A DNA stretch of 64,000 nt from Escherichia phage garuso, in sequence record MN850566.1; one strand, given 5' to 3'. The first letter of the stretch is position 1. Each line of letters starts with the position of its first letter. Under the pieces are notes generated by a model that was given only the letters and a program-made list of their open reading frames with translations, was not told the origin of the DNA and searched no databases. Shown here one piece after another: positions 9,550 through 19,017 of the stretch. The position numbers and the translations under genes were made by a program.

Positions 9550-10431
9550 ATGAAAACTGTTATTGAAGCCGTCGTCACCGCACAAGAGAAATTCTTCCAC
9601 ACAGAAAAATTTAATATCATTCAATTCCCATCTGGAGAAATTGGTGGAAACTTCTCTGAAGATTTTGTTAAGTTTACTGAGCGTAATGCTGGTAAGATTG
9701 ATAATGTTATAATTACTGTACAGGGATATGACAAAGATACACTGTTTGCATTAGCTTTGGCTAAGGATGCCGTTGACAGTCTTGTTCCCCAGAAATCAGC
9801 GATGAAAACCGTTGTTTTCGGGTTCTTACCAAATGCTCGATATGACCGCCACATGTTCAAAGGTGATGCAGCAGCACTGAAAGTCTTTGCCAACCTAGTT
9901 AATGCAATGGGTTTTGATGCAGTATGTGCTCTTGACCCTCACAGTAATGTTGCAGAAAACTTATTTAAGTGCTTTCAAAGCATGAAGCAAAAAGATGTGG
10001 CAGTACACTTTGCAAGTGACCCACGCATTGATTTCTTGGTAGCCCCAGATGCAGGTGCAGCTAAGAAGACTGAAGATACCGCTAAAGAGGTGGATAAACC
10101 GTATATCACAATGTCTAAGGTGCGCAATCTTAAGACTGGTGAAATTACTGGTATGCGAATCCTTGATGATGTTGATTTGACAGATAAAACTGTCATGATT
10201 CTGGATGATATTTGTGATGGAGGCCGAACCTTCGTAGAGGCAGCTAAACACCTACGTGAAGCAGGTGCAAAACGTGTGGAACTCTATGTAACTCATGGTA
10301 TTTTCTCTAAAGGTGTTGAAAACTTACTTGACAACGGTATTGACCATATCTACACTACAAACACTTTAGGTGAAGCTAAAGACCGTGGCTTAACACATTA
10401 CGCCCAAGTTACTGTAGCAACCATTGATTGA
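9550..10431 (+). CDS. Ribose-phosphate pyrophosphokinase (Prs)-like protein
   Basis: ATG 9550 inside track ORF 9535..10431; type-I phosphoribosyltransferase signature (VMILDDICDGGRTFVEAAKHLREAGAKRV); directly upstream of the NAMPT-like gene. Confidence 0.75.
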   Translation: MKTVIEAVVTAQEKFFHTEKFNIIQFPSGEIGGNFSEDFVKFTERNAGKIDNVIITVQGYDKDTLFALALAKDAVDSLVPQKSAMKTVVFGFLPNARYDRHMFKGDAAALKVFANLVNAMGFDAVCALDPHSNVAENLFKCFQSMKQKDVAVHFASDPRIDFLVAPDAGAAKKTEDTAKEVDKPYITMSKVRNLKTGEITGMRILDDVDLTDKTVMILDDICDGGRTFVEAAKHLREAGAKRVELYVTHGIFSKGVENLLDNGIDHIYTTNTLGEAKDRGLTHYAQVTVATID

Positions 10432-10476
10432 AACTTTATAGGGGCTTGAAAGCCCCACTTTGAGAGAGATTAAAAG

Positions 10477-12258
10477 ATGACTAAATCACTTTACGCAGTA
10501 CCAGCAGGTCTTAATGCAGATGCTTACAAGGCATCACATATATATCAGTATCCAGATGCTACGCAATATCTTATGTTGAACCTGACACCACGTAGTGATA
10601 AATGGTTTAACAGCCCTTTGGCAATTGACGGTGTAGTGGCTTTTGGTATTCAACGTTTCGTTAAAGATTACTTGATAGACCACTGGAACGCCACTTTCTT
10701 TGAACGTGATAAAAAAGAAGCCATTGATGAAATCTTAGAAATCATGAATGGTGTTCTGGGTAAAGATGCTATCGGTCGAGAGCACTGGGAAGCACTTCAC
10801 GACTTAGGTTATCTACCAGTTGAAGTATACGCTGTAGAAGAAGGTACAGTTGTCCCTATGCGCGTCCCAATGATTGTCTTCCAGAACACTGTTTCAGGCT
10901 TCCATTGGGTAGCGGGGTATCTGGAAGATGCTTTCTCTGCTGAGATTTGGAAGGCTTGTACCATTGCAACTATTGCATTGCACTACAAACGTATCTGTAA
11001 GAAGTGGGCTGACCTTACTTGTGACAACGACTTGCATTTGCCTTATCAGTGCCATGACTTTGCTATGCGTGGTATGTCCGGCTTTACTGATGACGCATTT
11101 AACGCTGTAGGCCACTTAACCAGCTTTAAAGGAACTGATAGCTTCCCTGCTGTGTATACGGCTAAACGAATCTATGGACAGTCCTACCCAATCTCTGATA
11201 TTGGTAGCTCTGTACCAGCCACTGAGCACTCTGTAATGTGTGCAAACATTGCTTGGGAAGGTGGTAATGAGTTGATTGAAGAAGAAAGACGCTTTAAAGG
11301 TGAGTTACAAACCTTCCGTCGTTTCTTAACAGAAACTTACCCAACTGGTATTGCAAGTGTTGTTTCAGACACTTATAACTTCTGGAGAACTGTGTCAGAA
11401 ATTTTACCAGCACTTCGTAAAGAAATTATGGAACGTGATGGCAAACTGGTAATTCGTCCTGACTCTGGAGACCCTGTACATATTGTCACAGGTTATAAAG
11501 CAATCCACTTAGAATGTGCTAAAAAGGCTTATTACGAGCACCTAAGCAAGCTGGAAGCCAGTGACACAATGTTGAATGCTGTTCTGAACATGAAGCTTGA
11601 AAATATCAACTATGGTATTGCTGGATGGCTACTGTCAGAAGGCTACGAAATGGTTGTTGACAGAGAAGACTTTGAAGTTGCTGATACAGTGATGTTGAAA
11701 AATGCTTATATGGTTGGTTCTGCAAACGTTGTAACACGTCCTGTAGCTGAGATTGATGGAGCTATTAAGACACTGTACAACATTTTTGGGGGAACTATTA
11801 ACTCTAAAGGGTTTAAGGTACTGGATGAGCATATCGGACTTATCTATGGTGACTCTATCACGCTGGAACGTGCAAACGAAATCCTGAAGCGTCTGTATGA
11901 AATGGGGTTTGCAAGCTCTAACGTGGTGTTTGGTGTAGGCTCTTACACTTACCAGTACATGACTCGTGACACCTTTGCATTTGCTGTCAAAGCAACTCTT
12001 GCAAGCATTGGTGGCAAAGAGATTATGCTTGCAAAAGACCCTAAAACAGATAGTGGTGTTAAGAAATCTGCCTTTGGTGGTGTAGCGCCTATGTGGGATG
12101 GTGATAAGTTGAAAGCTGTAGATGGCTATGGAATACAGAGTTTTGCAGATGCACTTGAACACCCAGCTTGTGCTTTACGTTTAGTCTTTAGCGACTCTGA
12201 GCAGTTCGGTTATACAACTCTTGGTGATATTCGAAATAATATTGACAAGCAGCTTTAA
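10477..12258 (+). CDS. Nicotinamide phosphoribosyltransferase (NAMPT/NadV)-like protein
   Basis: 593-aa ORF; N-terminal NAMPT-like motif (…DAYKASHIYQYP…); GAGAGAG RBS; terminator downstream at about 12273-12296. Confidence 0.75.
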   Translation: MTKSLYAVPAGLNADAYKASHIYQYPDATQYLMLNLTPRSDKWFNSPLAIDGVVAFGIQRFVKDYLIDHWNATFFERDKKEAIDEILEIMNGVLGKDAIGREHWEALHDLGYLPVEVYAVEEGTVVPMRVPMIVFQNTVSGFHWVAGYLEDAFSAEIWKACTIATIALHYKRICKKWADLTCDNDLHLPYQCHDFAMRGMSGFTDDAFNAVGHLTSFKGTDSFPAVYTAKRIYGQSYPISDIGSSVPATEHSVMCANIAWEGGNELIEEERRFKGELQTFRRFLTETYPTGIASVVSDTYNFWRTVSEILPALRKEIMERDGKLVIRPDSGDPVHIVTGYKAIHLECAKKAYYEHLSKLEASDTMLNAVLNMKLENINYGIAGWLLSEGYEMVVDREDFEVADTVMLKNAYMVGSANVVTRPVAEIDGAIKTLYNIFGGTINSKGFKVLDEHIGLIYGDSITLERANEILKRLYEMGFASSNVVFGVGSYTYQYMTRDTFAFAVKATLASIGGKEIMLAKDPKTDSGVKKSAFGGVAPMWDGDKLKAVDGYGIQSFADALEHPACALRLVFSDSEQFGYTTLGDIRNNIDKQL

Positions 12259-12272
12259 AAGTATATGATAAG

Positions 12273-12296
12273 AGGCTCCTACGGGAGCCTTTTTAA
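12273..12296 (+). terminator. Intrinsic terminator after the NAMPT-like gene
   Basis: GGCTCC-TACG-GGAGCC hairpin followed by TTTTTAATTT. Confidence 0.65.
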
Positions 12297-12311
12297 TTTC
12301 TGGAGAAAACT

Positions 12312-12647
12312 ATGAAAATCAAAGAGATGAACATCAACATTGTCTTAGAAGAACGTTGGGAGAACATTAAGAAACCTGAAGATGGTAAAAAGTTCCTTAA
12401 CAAAATTTTAGTAGCAGCTAAAGAAGAACTGACTGGCAAGATTGCAGCAGCAATCACAATAAAAATCTGTGTAAAAGGTCTTCCACAACATCACCAATTT
12501 GCACTTGACGAGTTTAAAGAAAGCTTCTACAATCCAAACAAACAGATGCTTGAAAGTAACTTTGCAGTGTCTACAAGTATCGTCCATGACAGAAGCTTTA
12601 TCCTTTACAAGAATATGAGAGGTGAGTCATGCAAGCATATTGGATAG
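12312..12647 (+). CDS. Hypothetical protein (111 aa)
   Basis: Track ORF; GGAGAAAA RBS. Confidence 0.45.
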   Translation: MKIKEMNINIVLEERWENIKKPEDGKKFLNKILVAAKEELTGKIAAAITIKICVKGLPQHHQFALDEFKESFYNPNKQMLESNFAVSTSIVHDRSFILYKNMRGESCKHIG

Positions 12648-12805
12648 AAATTTTACTGTCACTTGGTAGTGTAGCAGTATTTGTTTACCTTCTTTGCAAG
12701 TACTATGCAGAGCACAAGAAGTGTGATTACTGCAACGGGGAAGGGTACACAAGAGCAGGTTGTTGCCCTATTTGTGGTGGTTCTGGTAAAATGTTTAATA
12801 AGTAA
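12629..12805 (+). CDS. Small Cys-rich membrane protein (58 aa), absent from the ORF track (below length cut-off)
   Basis: ATG 12629 after AGGTGAG; translation MQAYWIEILLSLGSVAVFVYLLCKYYAEHKKCDYCNGEGYTRAGCCPICGGSGKMFNK with one helix and CxxC…CxxC. Confidence 0.3.
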   Translation: MQAYWIEILLSLGSVAVFVYLLCKYYAEHKKCDYCNGEGYTRAGCCPICGGSGKMFNK

Positions 12806-12833
12806 TTTAACAGTAAACTAAGAGGAAAGTATT

Positions 12834-15200
12834 ATGCGCATGGTAAACGACCACGCAGAAGTGATTAAGAGTTCAACTTCTTTGGAGACATCTCAAGCAC
12901 AGATTACAATGACACCTGAAATGTTCAGCCTTTTGAGTTCAGGTGTATACACATTCAAAGAAAGGGCAGTGATTCGTGAACTGTCATGTAACGCAGTAGA
13001 TGCTCAAAAAGAAGCTGGAAAAGAGAACATCCCATTCCATGTGCATTTACCTACTCGATTTGAGCCTTACTTTGAAGTCCGTGACTTTGGAACTGGTTTA
13101 ACCCATGACAAAGTAATGAGTTTGTATCTGAACTATGGGGCTTCTACGAAGAATGACTCCAATGATTACATTGGTGCAATGGGTATCGGCTCAAAATCCC
13201 CATTTGCAATTGCTCAGTCATTCACAGTATCTAGCTATGTTGATGGTGTTGTTAATAAGTACTCTGTTTACCTTGAGAATGGTATCCCTCAAGTAACTAA
13301 GCTTACTACCAACCCAACAAATGAACCCAATGGTTTAGCTGTACGTGTGGCAGTTGCTGACCATCGTATTTCAAAGTTCTTTGAAGAGGCTGGTCACGTA
13401 TACTCATACTTTGCTGTAAAACCAGAAAGTAACATTGTGTATGATGATGTATTAGCAGATATGAATGTCATTGCCCGTGAAGAGGGTGTTTATGATGCTA
13501 TGATTCATAAGCAAAGCTGGCGTTCTAGTGGCAACAGGACAGAGTTTAATGTGGTGATGGGTAATATTGCCTACCCAGTGAACATGGAAGCATTACTTGG
13601 TGATGATTTCTTCAAAGTCTTGCCAGAGTTTTTCCGTAGGAGCGTAGACCTTGTAAACATCTACATGCCTATTGGTTCAGTGGCTATTGCAGCTTCTCGT
13701 GAAGCATTGCAGATGAATGACACGACAAAAAATGTTATCATTGAGGCTACTAAAAAGATAACTGAAGCCATTACAAAGGATGTTATCAAGAAAGTTAACA
13801 ACCAACCTACACTCATGGATGCTGCACAGGCTTATGCTGAGTTACGTTTGAACTCACGAGAGATGTTTAATGCTGTGTGTCCAAAGCTAGAGTGGGGAGG
13901 CATTAAGCTTGATTCTCTGGAAGAAGAATTACTAAACATTCGTCGTGGGATTATCTACGCAGAAGACGGCTCAGTCATTTATGAACGTGACGGTAAAGGT
14001 AATATCAAGGTTGATAGGAACGGGAACAATATCCCTAAAGTGGATTATCTTTATAATCCAGTTGCTTATGTCAAGTTCAACTCTTTAGAGAGTAAGATTC
14101 GTGCAGCAGCACTTTCCTACACTCAAGAGGCAAGTATGTTCAATATCTTTGGTGCAATGCGTAAAAGCCAAATTGAACAGTTTTTGTTCGTGATTAATGA
14201 CCGTCGTAATAAAAATGGCACTGAGAAGACTGTAGGCCGCAATCAGATTCTGCGTGGTGCATGTCGAGACTACGCTAGCGAGTCAAGCCTGTTCCACAGA
14301 TACAATGGTATTGTGTTTGTATTCTCGACTGAAAAAGAGTTAGATGATTTAATCAATCTACACAAGCTTGATAAAAGTTTGTTAAAGATTGTGAAGATGT
14401 CTGATAAGGAACACCATTATCAGCGTAAAGAAGCTGTGAGGGGTGTTGTAAAACTCTGGAAAGCTGTTCCATCAGAAACTAAAGCTTCATACACAGAGGT
14501 GTCAGAAGACCTAGATACAATTGAAGAACCCCAGCTTTATATCAAGGCAGTAGGCGACACAGTTGATGGTGAATGTTTTTGCTCATCCCCAGAAGATGTA
14601 GCTAAAACAATTGCTAATGTTATAGGAAAAACAGTCTATGTTTTCCGAAAAGCAAATTGGAAAAAGATACCAGAAGACTGGATTGAAGTAGATGAGAAGC
14701 TATTGAATGACAGCTTAACTGATGTTCACTGGATTAATCATAACAGGTATATGACACGTATCTATATGAATGGTGTCCTTGACCTTACAAGTAGTTGGAT
14801 TATTGCCAGAAACTTTACGTTTAATAACAAGAAGATTTCTCGCGGGTATTGCTATTCACGAGATACAAACAAAACCATCTTCTTAGAAGGTAATGAGAAT
14901 GCTGTTGAGGCAATGTTTGGTAAGATTCAGTATGTGGCTGCACCGTTTGCATACACTTACACTATCAGTGTTCTTCAGGATTTGAAGTCATGCCTTGACA
15001 ATGATACAAAACTGTACAAAAAGATTAAGAAAGCGGGTGACCGCATGGTTATCAAACTGACAAACTATCTTTCAAAAAGAAAACAAGAAAACTTCTTGCT
15101 TTCTCATTTAGATTGGAATAAAGTGTCACCCATCGAAGTGAGTAAGTTCTTAGGTTTTGATGTGAAGTGTGTTCCAGAAGGAACTACAATTTACGATTAA
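12834..15200 (+). CDS. Hsp90/HtpG-like GHKL ATPase-domain protein (788 aa)
   Basis: N-terminus has Bergerat-fold boxes in Hsp90-like order: AVIRELSCNAVDA (N box), DFGTGLT (G1), GAMGIGSKSPF (G2); AGAGGA RBS; remaining ~600 aa unassigned. Confidence 0.55.
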   Translation: MRMVNDHAEVIKSSTSLETSQAQITMTPEMFSLLSSGVYTFKERAVIRELSCNAVDAQKEAGKENIPFHVHLPTRFEPYFEVRDFGTGLTHDKVMSLYLNYGASTKNDSNDYIGAMGIGSKSPFAIAQSFTVSSYVDGVVNKYSVYLENGIPQVTKLTTNPTNEPNGLAVRVAVADHRISKFFEEAGHVYSYFAVKPESNIVYDDVLADMNVIAREEGVYDAMIHKQSWRSSGNRTEFNVVMGNIAYPVNMEALLGDDFFKVLPEFFRRSVDLVNIYMPIGSVAIAASREALQMNDTTKNVIIEATKKITEAITKDVIKKVNNQPTLMDAAQAYAELRLNSREMFNAVCPKLEWGGIKLDSLEEELLNIRRGIIYAEDGSVIYERDGKGNIKVDRNGNNIPKVDYLYNPVAYVKFNSLESKIRAAALSYTQEASMFNIFGAMRKSQIEQFLFVINDRRNKNGTEKTVGRNQILRGACRDYASESSLFHRYNGIVFVFSTEKELDDLINLHKLDKSLLKIVKMSDKEHHYQRKEAVRGVVKLWKAVPSETKASYTEVSEDLDTIEEPQLYIKAVGDTVDGECFCSSPEDVAKTIANVIGKTVYVFRKANWKKIPEDWIEVDEKLLNDSLTDVHWINHNRYMTRIYMNGVLDLTSSWIIARNFTFNNKKISRGYCYSRDTNKTIFLEGNENAVEAMFGKIQYVAAPFAYTYTISVLQDLKSCLDNDTKLYKKIKKAGDRMVIKLTNYLSKRKQENFLLSHLDWNKVSPIEVSKFLGFDVKCVPEGTTIYD

Positions 15201-15279
15201 AGTGTTTGACAAGGGGCTTCGAAGCCCCTTAGAATAGCCTTACAAAATGATTTATTAACTAACAAGAGAGAGTAATAAG

Positions 15280-16389
15280 ATGACTACTAAAACTAAAGCA
15301 CAGATTGACGCAGAAATTTACGAACTGGTTAAAGAAGGTAAGCTGACTAAAACAGCTATTGCACAGAAGTTCAATACTTCAACCCGTTCAGTTGGTCGTG
15401 CTGTAGAGCGTCATGAAGCAACCTTAAAAGGTAAGAAAAAGGTAGCTTCTAAACCAGCTACGAAGACTTTGAAGCAAGTTGCTAAATCAGTTAAAAAGAA
15501 AGCTGACAAACCAGTTGAAAAGGTTGTTAAAGAGCCTGTACAGAAAGCTCCGGTAAATAAACTGCATGAAGCTATGCAGAATGGCAACCAGATTGAGTAC
15601 ATGATTACTGGCGACTCTGTTATCATGACTTTCGGTGCAGATTCTGAAATCGTTGAATCTACCCATCCGAACTACAAAGAAATCGTGATGGCTGTTGTAT
15701 CCGGTGAGTATAAGAAAGCTTTCGAACTGATGAACATTCGTAAGTCTATCGAAAACTTCACTCAGGGTGCTATCACCATCAAAGGTGACAAGTTATTCTA
15801 CGGTGCTGTTGAGATGCGTTCTACTCTGGTTGACCGTATTCTTCACATGATGAAGACTGGAGATAAGGGTTTTGAACGCCTTGTGATGTTCTTCGAAAAA
15901 CTGATGGAAAACCCATCTAAAGACTCTGTAGAACAACTTTGGGGATTCGTATCTCACCTTGATGTTGAAATTGATGAAGAAGGCTACATCATTGGTTGGA
16001 AGAAAGTCTCTACTCATGAAGGCAAGCTGGTTGACTCCCACACCTACAGAGTACCTAATGATTTGGGTAACATTGTAGAAATGCCACGTTGGATGGTTGA
16101 TAATAACCGTAACGTGACTTGCTCTCAGGGTCTTCACGTTGGTGCTTGGGATTATGTTCGTTGCTTCTCAGGTGATACAATCCTGAAGGTTCGTGTCCAT
16201 CCACGAGATGTTGTATCTGTTCCAACTGATTACAACGATATGAAGATGCGTTCGTCTCGTTATGAAGTTGCAGCAATCGTTGATAATCAACGTAAAGTGC
16301 TGAAAGAATGGGATGGCAAGACTGAAGCTTTGCATGTCATCGTTGGCACTGCTGGTGAACTAATCTCCCAACGTAAACGTGAAATCTAA
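15280..16389 (+). CDS. Hypothetical protein with possible N-terminal DNA-binding region (369 aa)
   Basis: Track ORF; own promoter-like TTGACA-N17/18-TAGAAT at about 15206-15237; terminator downstream at about 16405-16432. Confidence 0.5.
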   Translation: MTTKTKAQIDAEIYELVKEGKLTKTAIAQKFNTSTRSVGRAVERHEATLKGKKKVASKPATKTLKQVAKSVKKKADKPVEKVVKEPVQKAPVNKLHEAMQNGNQIEYMITGDSVIMTFGADSEIVESTHPNYKEIVMAVVSGEYKKAFELMNIRKSIENFTQGAITIKGDKLFYGAVEMRSTLVDRILHMMKTGDKGFERLVMFFEKLMENPSKDSVEQLWGFVSHLDVEIDEEGYIIGWKKVSTHEGKLVDSHTYRVPNDLGNIVEMPRWMVDNNRNVTCSQGLHVGAWDYVRCFSGDTILKVRVHPRDVVSVPTDYNDMKMRSSRYEVAAIVDNQRKVLKEWDGKTEALHVIVGTAGELISQRKREI

Positions 16390-16404
16390 TAAGTAATTTC
16401 TTAA

Positions 16405-16432
16405 AAGGCTGCTTCGGCGGCCTTTTTTATTT
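16405..16432 (+). terminator. Intrinsic terminator
   Basis: AGGCTGC-TTCG-GCGGCCT hairpin followed by TTTTTTATTT. Confidence 0.6.
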
Positions 16433-16489
16433 GTATTTTGTGCAGAGTGCTGTATAATTGTTGTCACGATAAACTAAACAGGAGAACCA

Positions 16490-17038
16490 ATGAAGAAATT
16501 GATTCTAGGTTTGTGCTTAATGTTTACAGCACACTTATCTTATGCAGTTGACTGCCCAGAGCTATCAATTAGCCAAAAAGTAAACATGTTAAAAGCTTAC
16601 CAGTATGGTGAGAATAACATGGGTAAAGGTTGGGGTATCACTCTAGCTGCTATAGCCTTACAAGAGTCAGAGTTAGGTCTGAAGGTAGAGAATAAAAAGA
16701 CACATGATTATGGTATCTTCCAGAATCACTTGAAGACTGTTGTAAAGCGTAACAAAATTAGTCCTAATGTGGCTAAAAAGAAACTCTTAAAAGACTTTGA
16801 CTATGCTGCGAAGGAAACTCACAAAGAGCTTGAGTTTTGGACAAAGGTGCATGGTCAGCCAAAGTCAAAGAAGACTTTACAAAAAGTTTTAGCATCATAT
16901 AATGCTGGGTATTCGTACAAAATCCCTAAAGCTAAGAAATATTCTCAAGATGTCTATAACAACATGAAAGTCATTGCTCAATGTGAATTTGCAATAAACA
17001 TTTCTAAGGTAAACCATGAAAAAATTAAAAAAGTCTGA
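16490..17038 (+). CDS. Secreted lytic transglycosylase-like protein (SLT domain)
   Basis: N-terminal signal peptide (MKKLILGLCLMFTAHLSYA) and SLT-like catalytic region (…LAAIALQESELG…). Confidence 0.55.
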   Translation: MKKLILGLCLMFTAHLSYAVDCPELSISQKVNMLKAYQYGENNMGKGWGITLAAIALQESELGLKVENKKTHDYGIFQNHLKTVVKRNKISPNVAKKKLLKDFDYAAKETHKELEFWTKVHGQPKSKKTLQKVLASYNAGYSYKIPKAKKYSQDVYNNMKVIAQCEFAINISKVNHEKIKKV

Positions 17039-17711
17039 TGAAGTACTGTGTCATGCTTACGACTTACATCCTCATGAGTTAGGTCTTGATTCCTGTGTAT
17101 GGACTCCAGAACAGTGTAGGGATTTTGAAGACACTGCAAGAGAAGTTGTATGTTCACTCGAAGAGTTCCACACATCAGAGCCAATTGTGAATGTTGTAGA
17201 TAAAGAGACTGGACAAACTATAGGTGTAAGTCGTGATAGCTTAGTCATAGTCAATAAAGACCTTGTAGAAAAAGGTAACCTCATCTTAGCAGATATTGAT
17301 GGTGTTCTTACAAATTTTAATCACGAAGATTGCTCAACGGAATTGACTGATGGGTCATTCTCACAGTACACTAATCTTCTTGACTCTGTAAGAGCAAAAC
17401 CAACGTATGTCTTTAGTATTATTGATGCAATTGCTAATCATGCTGCCGTTGGACTCTTGACAGCGAGAGGCGAATCTCAGAGAATACCTACTGAGATGTT
17501 TTTAAGGCATAACACAGAGCATGATTATATGCTTTTTATGCGTGGTTTTGGAACTAACTCTATAAGTGCAGAAAGTTTGAAAGTGAGGATGATTCAGTCT
17601 TGCATTCTGCCTTACTTTAATATAGTATGTTTTATAGAAGATACAGAGAAGAATGTGCAGAAGGTGAATAGAATCCTTCCACACATCAAAACCATGTTAG
17701 TTAAACATTGA
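17016..17711 (+). CDS. Hypothetical protein with possible HAD-like phosphatase motif
   Basis: Track ORF; motif ILADIDGVLTNF resembles HAD motif I (DxDGxL); weak. Confidence 0.4.
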   Translation: MKKLKKSDEVLCHAYDLHPHELGLDSCVWTPEQCRDFEDTAREVVCSLEEFHTSEPIVNVVDKETGQTIGVSRDSLVIVNKDLVEKGNLILADIDGVLTNFNHEDCSTELTDGSFSQYTNLLDSVRAKPTYVFSIIDAIANHAAVGLLTARGESQRIPTEMFLRHNTEHDYMLFMRGFGTNSISAESLKVRMIQSCILPYFNIVCFIEDTEKNVQKVNRILPHIKTMLVKH

Positions 17712-17721
17712 GAGAAAACTT

Positions 17722-18186
17722 ATGAACAATATCATTACGGTAGCACTGGACGTTACGGCAAACAAATCTGAAGTAGTTCGTAACATTATCAAGAACAACT
17801 TTGAGGGTAAAATCTTTCGTGCTGTCAACGTAAAAGCAGACGGTAACATCAGAGAGTATCGTGCTCTTTTGAATGTTAAGAAACACGTCAAAGGTGCTGG
17901 TTCAACGACTGCACACAAAGAAAACCTGATGACTATCTATGATATGGGTATGGCTTCAGAGTTAGGTGCTGAAGGTATCGTTAAAGAAGGTGCTCCGTAT
18001 CGCTCTTTCAATCTGGAAACTGCTCTCATGCTTTCCTTTACAAGTGGTTCTAAAACAACTACTTATCTCTTTACTGATGCTGCAACGGTATCTGCTATCA
18101 AGGATAACGCTATCAAAGCTGGGGTAGCTGCTGCTGCAAAAGCTTCTTCGATGGCTGCAAATGTCCTTGCTAAAGTCCTCGGTTAA
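17722..18186 (+). CDS. Hypothetical protein (154 aa)
   Basis: Track ORF with GAGAAAA RBS; Ala-rich C-terminus; terminator at about 18198-18223. Confidence 0.45.
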   Translation: MNNIITVALDVTANKSEVVRNIIKNNFEGKIFRAVNVKADGNIREYRALLNVKKHVKGAGSTTAHKENLMTIYDMGMASELGAEGIVKEGAPYRSFNLETALMLSFTSGSKTTTYLFTDAATVSAIKDNAIKAGVAAAAKASSMAANVLAKVLG

Positions 18187-18197
18187 GGTTAAGATAC

Positions 18198-18223
18198 AGG
18201 CTCCTTCGGGAGCCTTTTTCATT
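18198..18223 (+). terminator. Intrinsic terminator
   Basis: AGGCTCC-TTCG-GGAGCCT hairpin followed by TTTTTCATTT. Confidence 0.65.
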
Positions 18224-18238
18224 TCAGGAGATTGTTAA

Positions 18239-18586
18239 ATGACATTTAAAGAGTTCTGTCAAGCTACTTTCATAATTGTTTTCTTAGTTGGGGCAGGTGT
18301 CTGGGGAGGATACTCTTACAGAGACTATCAAGTTGCTGAAACTGAGCTAAACAATCAAAAGCTCATAAGTGTTGCTAAAGATGCTTATCAGGAAGGATTA
18401 GTAACATTGAGCACCAATTACAAAAATGATTTGAAGGATGTGCTTGCTAAGAATAAGCATACAAAAGAGGTACTAACATATGAAAAAACTAAGCCAGAGT
18501 TTTATAATGTTTGTGTTACTGATAACTATGTCAGGGTGTTCAACGAACAAAGTGAGCAGTACATTCAAAAACTCCCAAGTAAGTGA
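18239..18586 (+). CDS. i-spanin-like protein (Rz-like)
   Basis: N-terminal transmembrane helix (FIIVFLVGAGVWGGY) followed by a charged region; an o-spanin-like ORF is embedded in its 3' end in another frame. Confidence 0.5.
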   Translation: MTFKEFCQATFIIVFLVGAGVWGGYSYRDYQVAETELNNQKLISVAKDAYQEGLVTLSTNYKNDLKDVLAKNKHTKEVLTYEKTKPEFYNVCVTDNYVRVFNEQSEQYIQKLPSK

Positions 18587-18749
18587 GAGTGATAAGTACA
18601 CTCAAGAAGAATCACGGTATATCATCAAAGGCAACACAGGCAGTGATGTAGCAGCAGCCCTTGAGTTCTATCGTGACGGCTTTTACCAGTGCACAATCAA
18701 AGCTAACAACCTTATTGACATGATTTTATTAGGGAATAAGCAGCAATGA
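18480..18749 (+). CDS. o-spanin-like outer-membrane lipoprotein (Rz1-like)
   Basis: Lipoprotein signal with lipobox (…LLITMSGC…); overlaps the 3' end of the i-spanin-like ORF out of frame. Confidence 0.5.
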   Translation: MKKLSQSFIMFVLLITMSGCSTNKVSSTFKNSQVSESDKYTQEESRYIIKGNTGSDVAAALEFYRDGFYQCTIKANNLIDMILLGNKQQ

Positions 18750-19015
18750 CAGAGAATGAAGATACTTTCTATGTAGAAGGTTACTTACTGTTACCACGAC
18801 CAAAAGAAACTTATATGCGAATTGACTTCATACCAACCATTATGGATAATGTGATGTGTCATATCTTTATGCAAGGTGTCACAGCACAGCTTAAGCATGT
18901 CGGTAAAGACTGCAAAATAAAGGTTGACACTCATCCAGAAATCAAAGAGAATCACTACACATGGTTCTTACCAGACTCTAAAGAAATCTTAGCAGTTCTC
19001 AAAACGAGGAAGTAA
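18746..19015 (+). CDS. Hypothetical protein (89 aa)
   Basis: Track ORF; start overlaps upstream stop. Confidence 0.45.
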   Translation: MTENEDTFYVEGYLLLPRPKETYMRIDFIPTIMDNVMCHIFMQGVTAQLKHVGKDCKIKVDTHPEIKENHYTWFLPDSKEILAVLKTRK

Positions 19016-19017
19016 CT

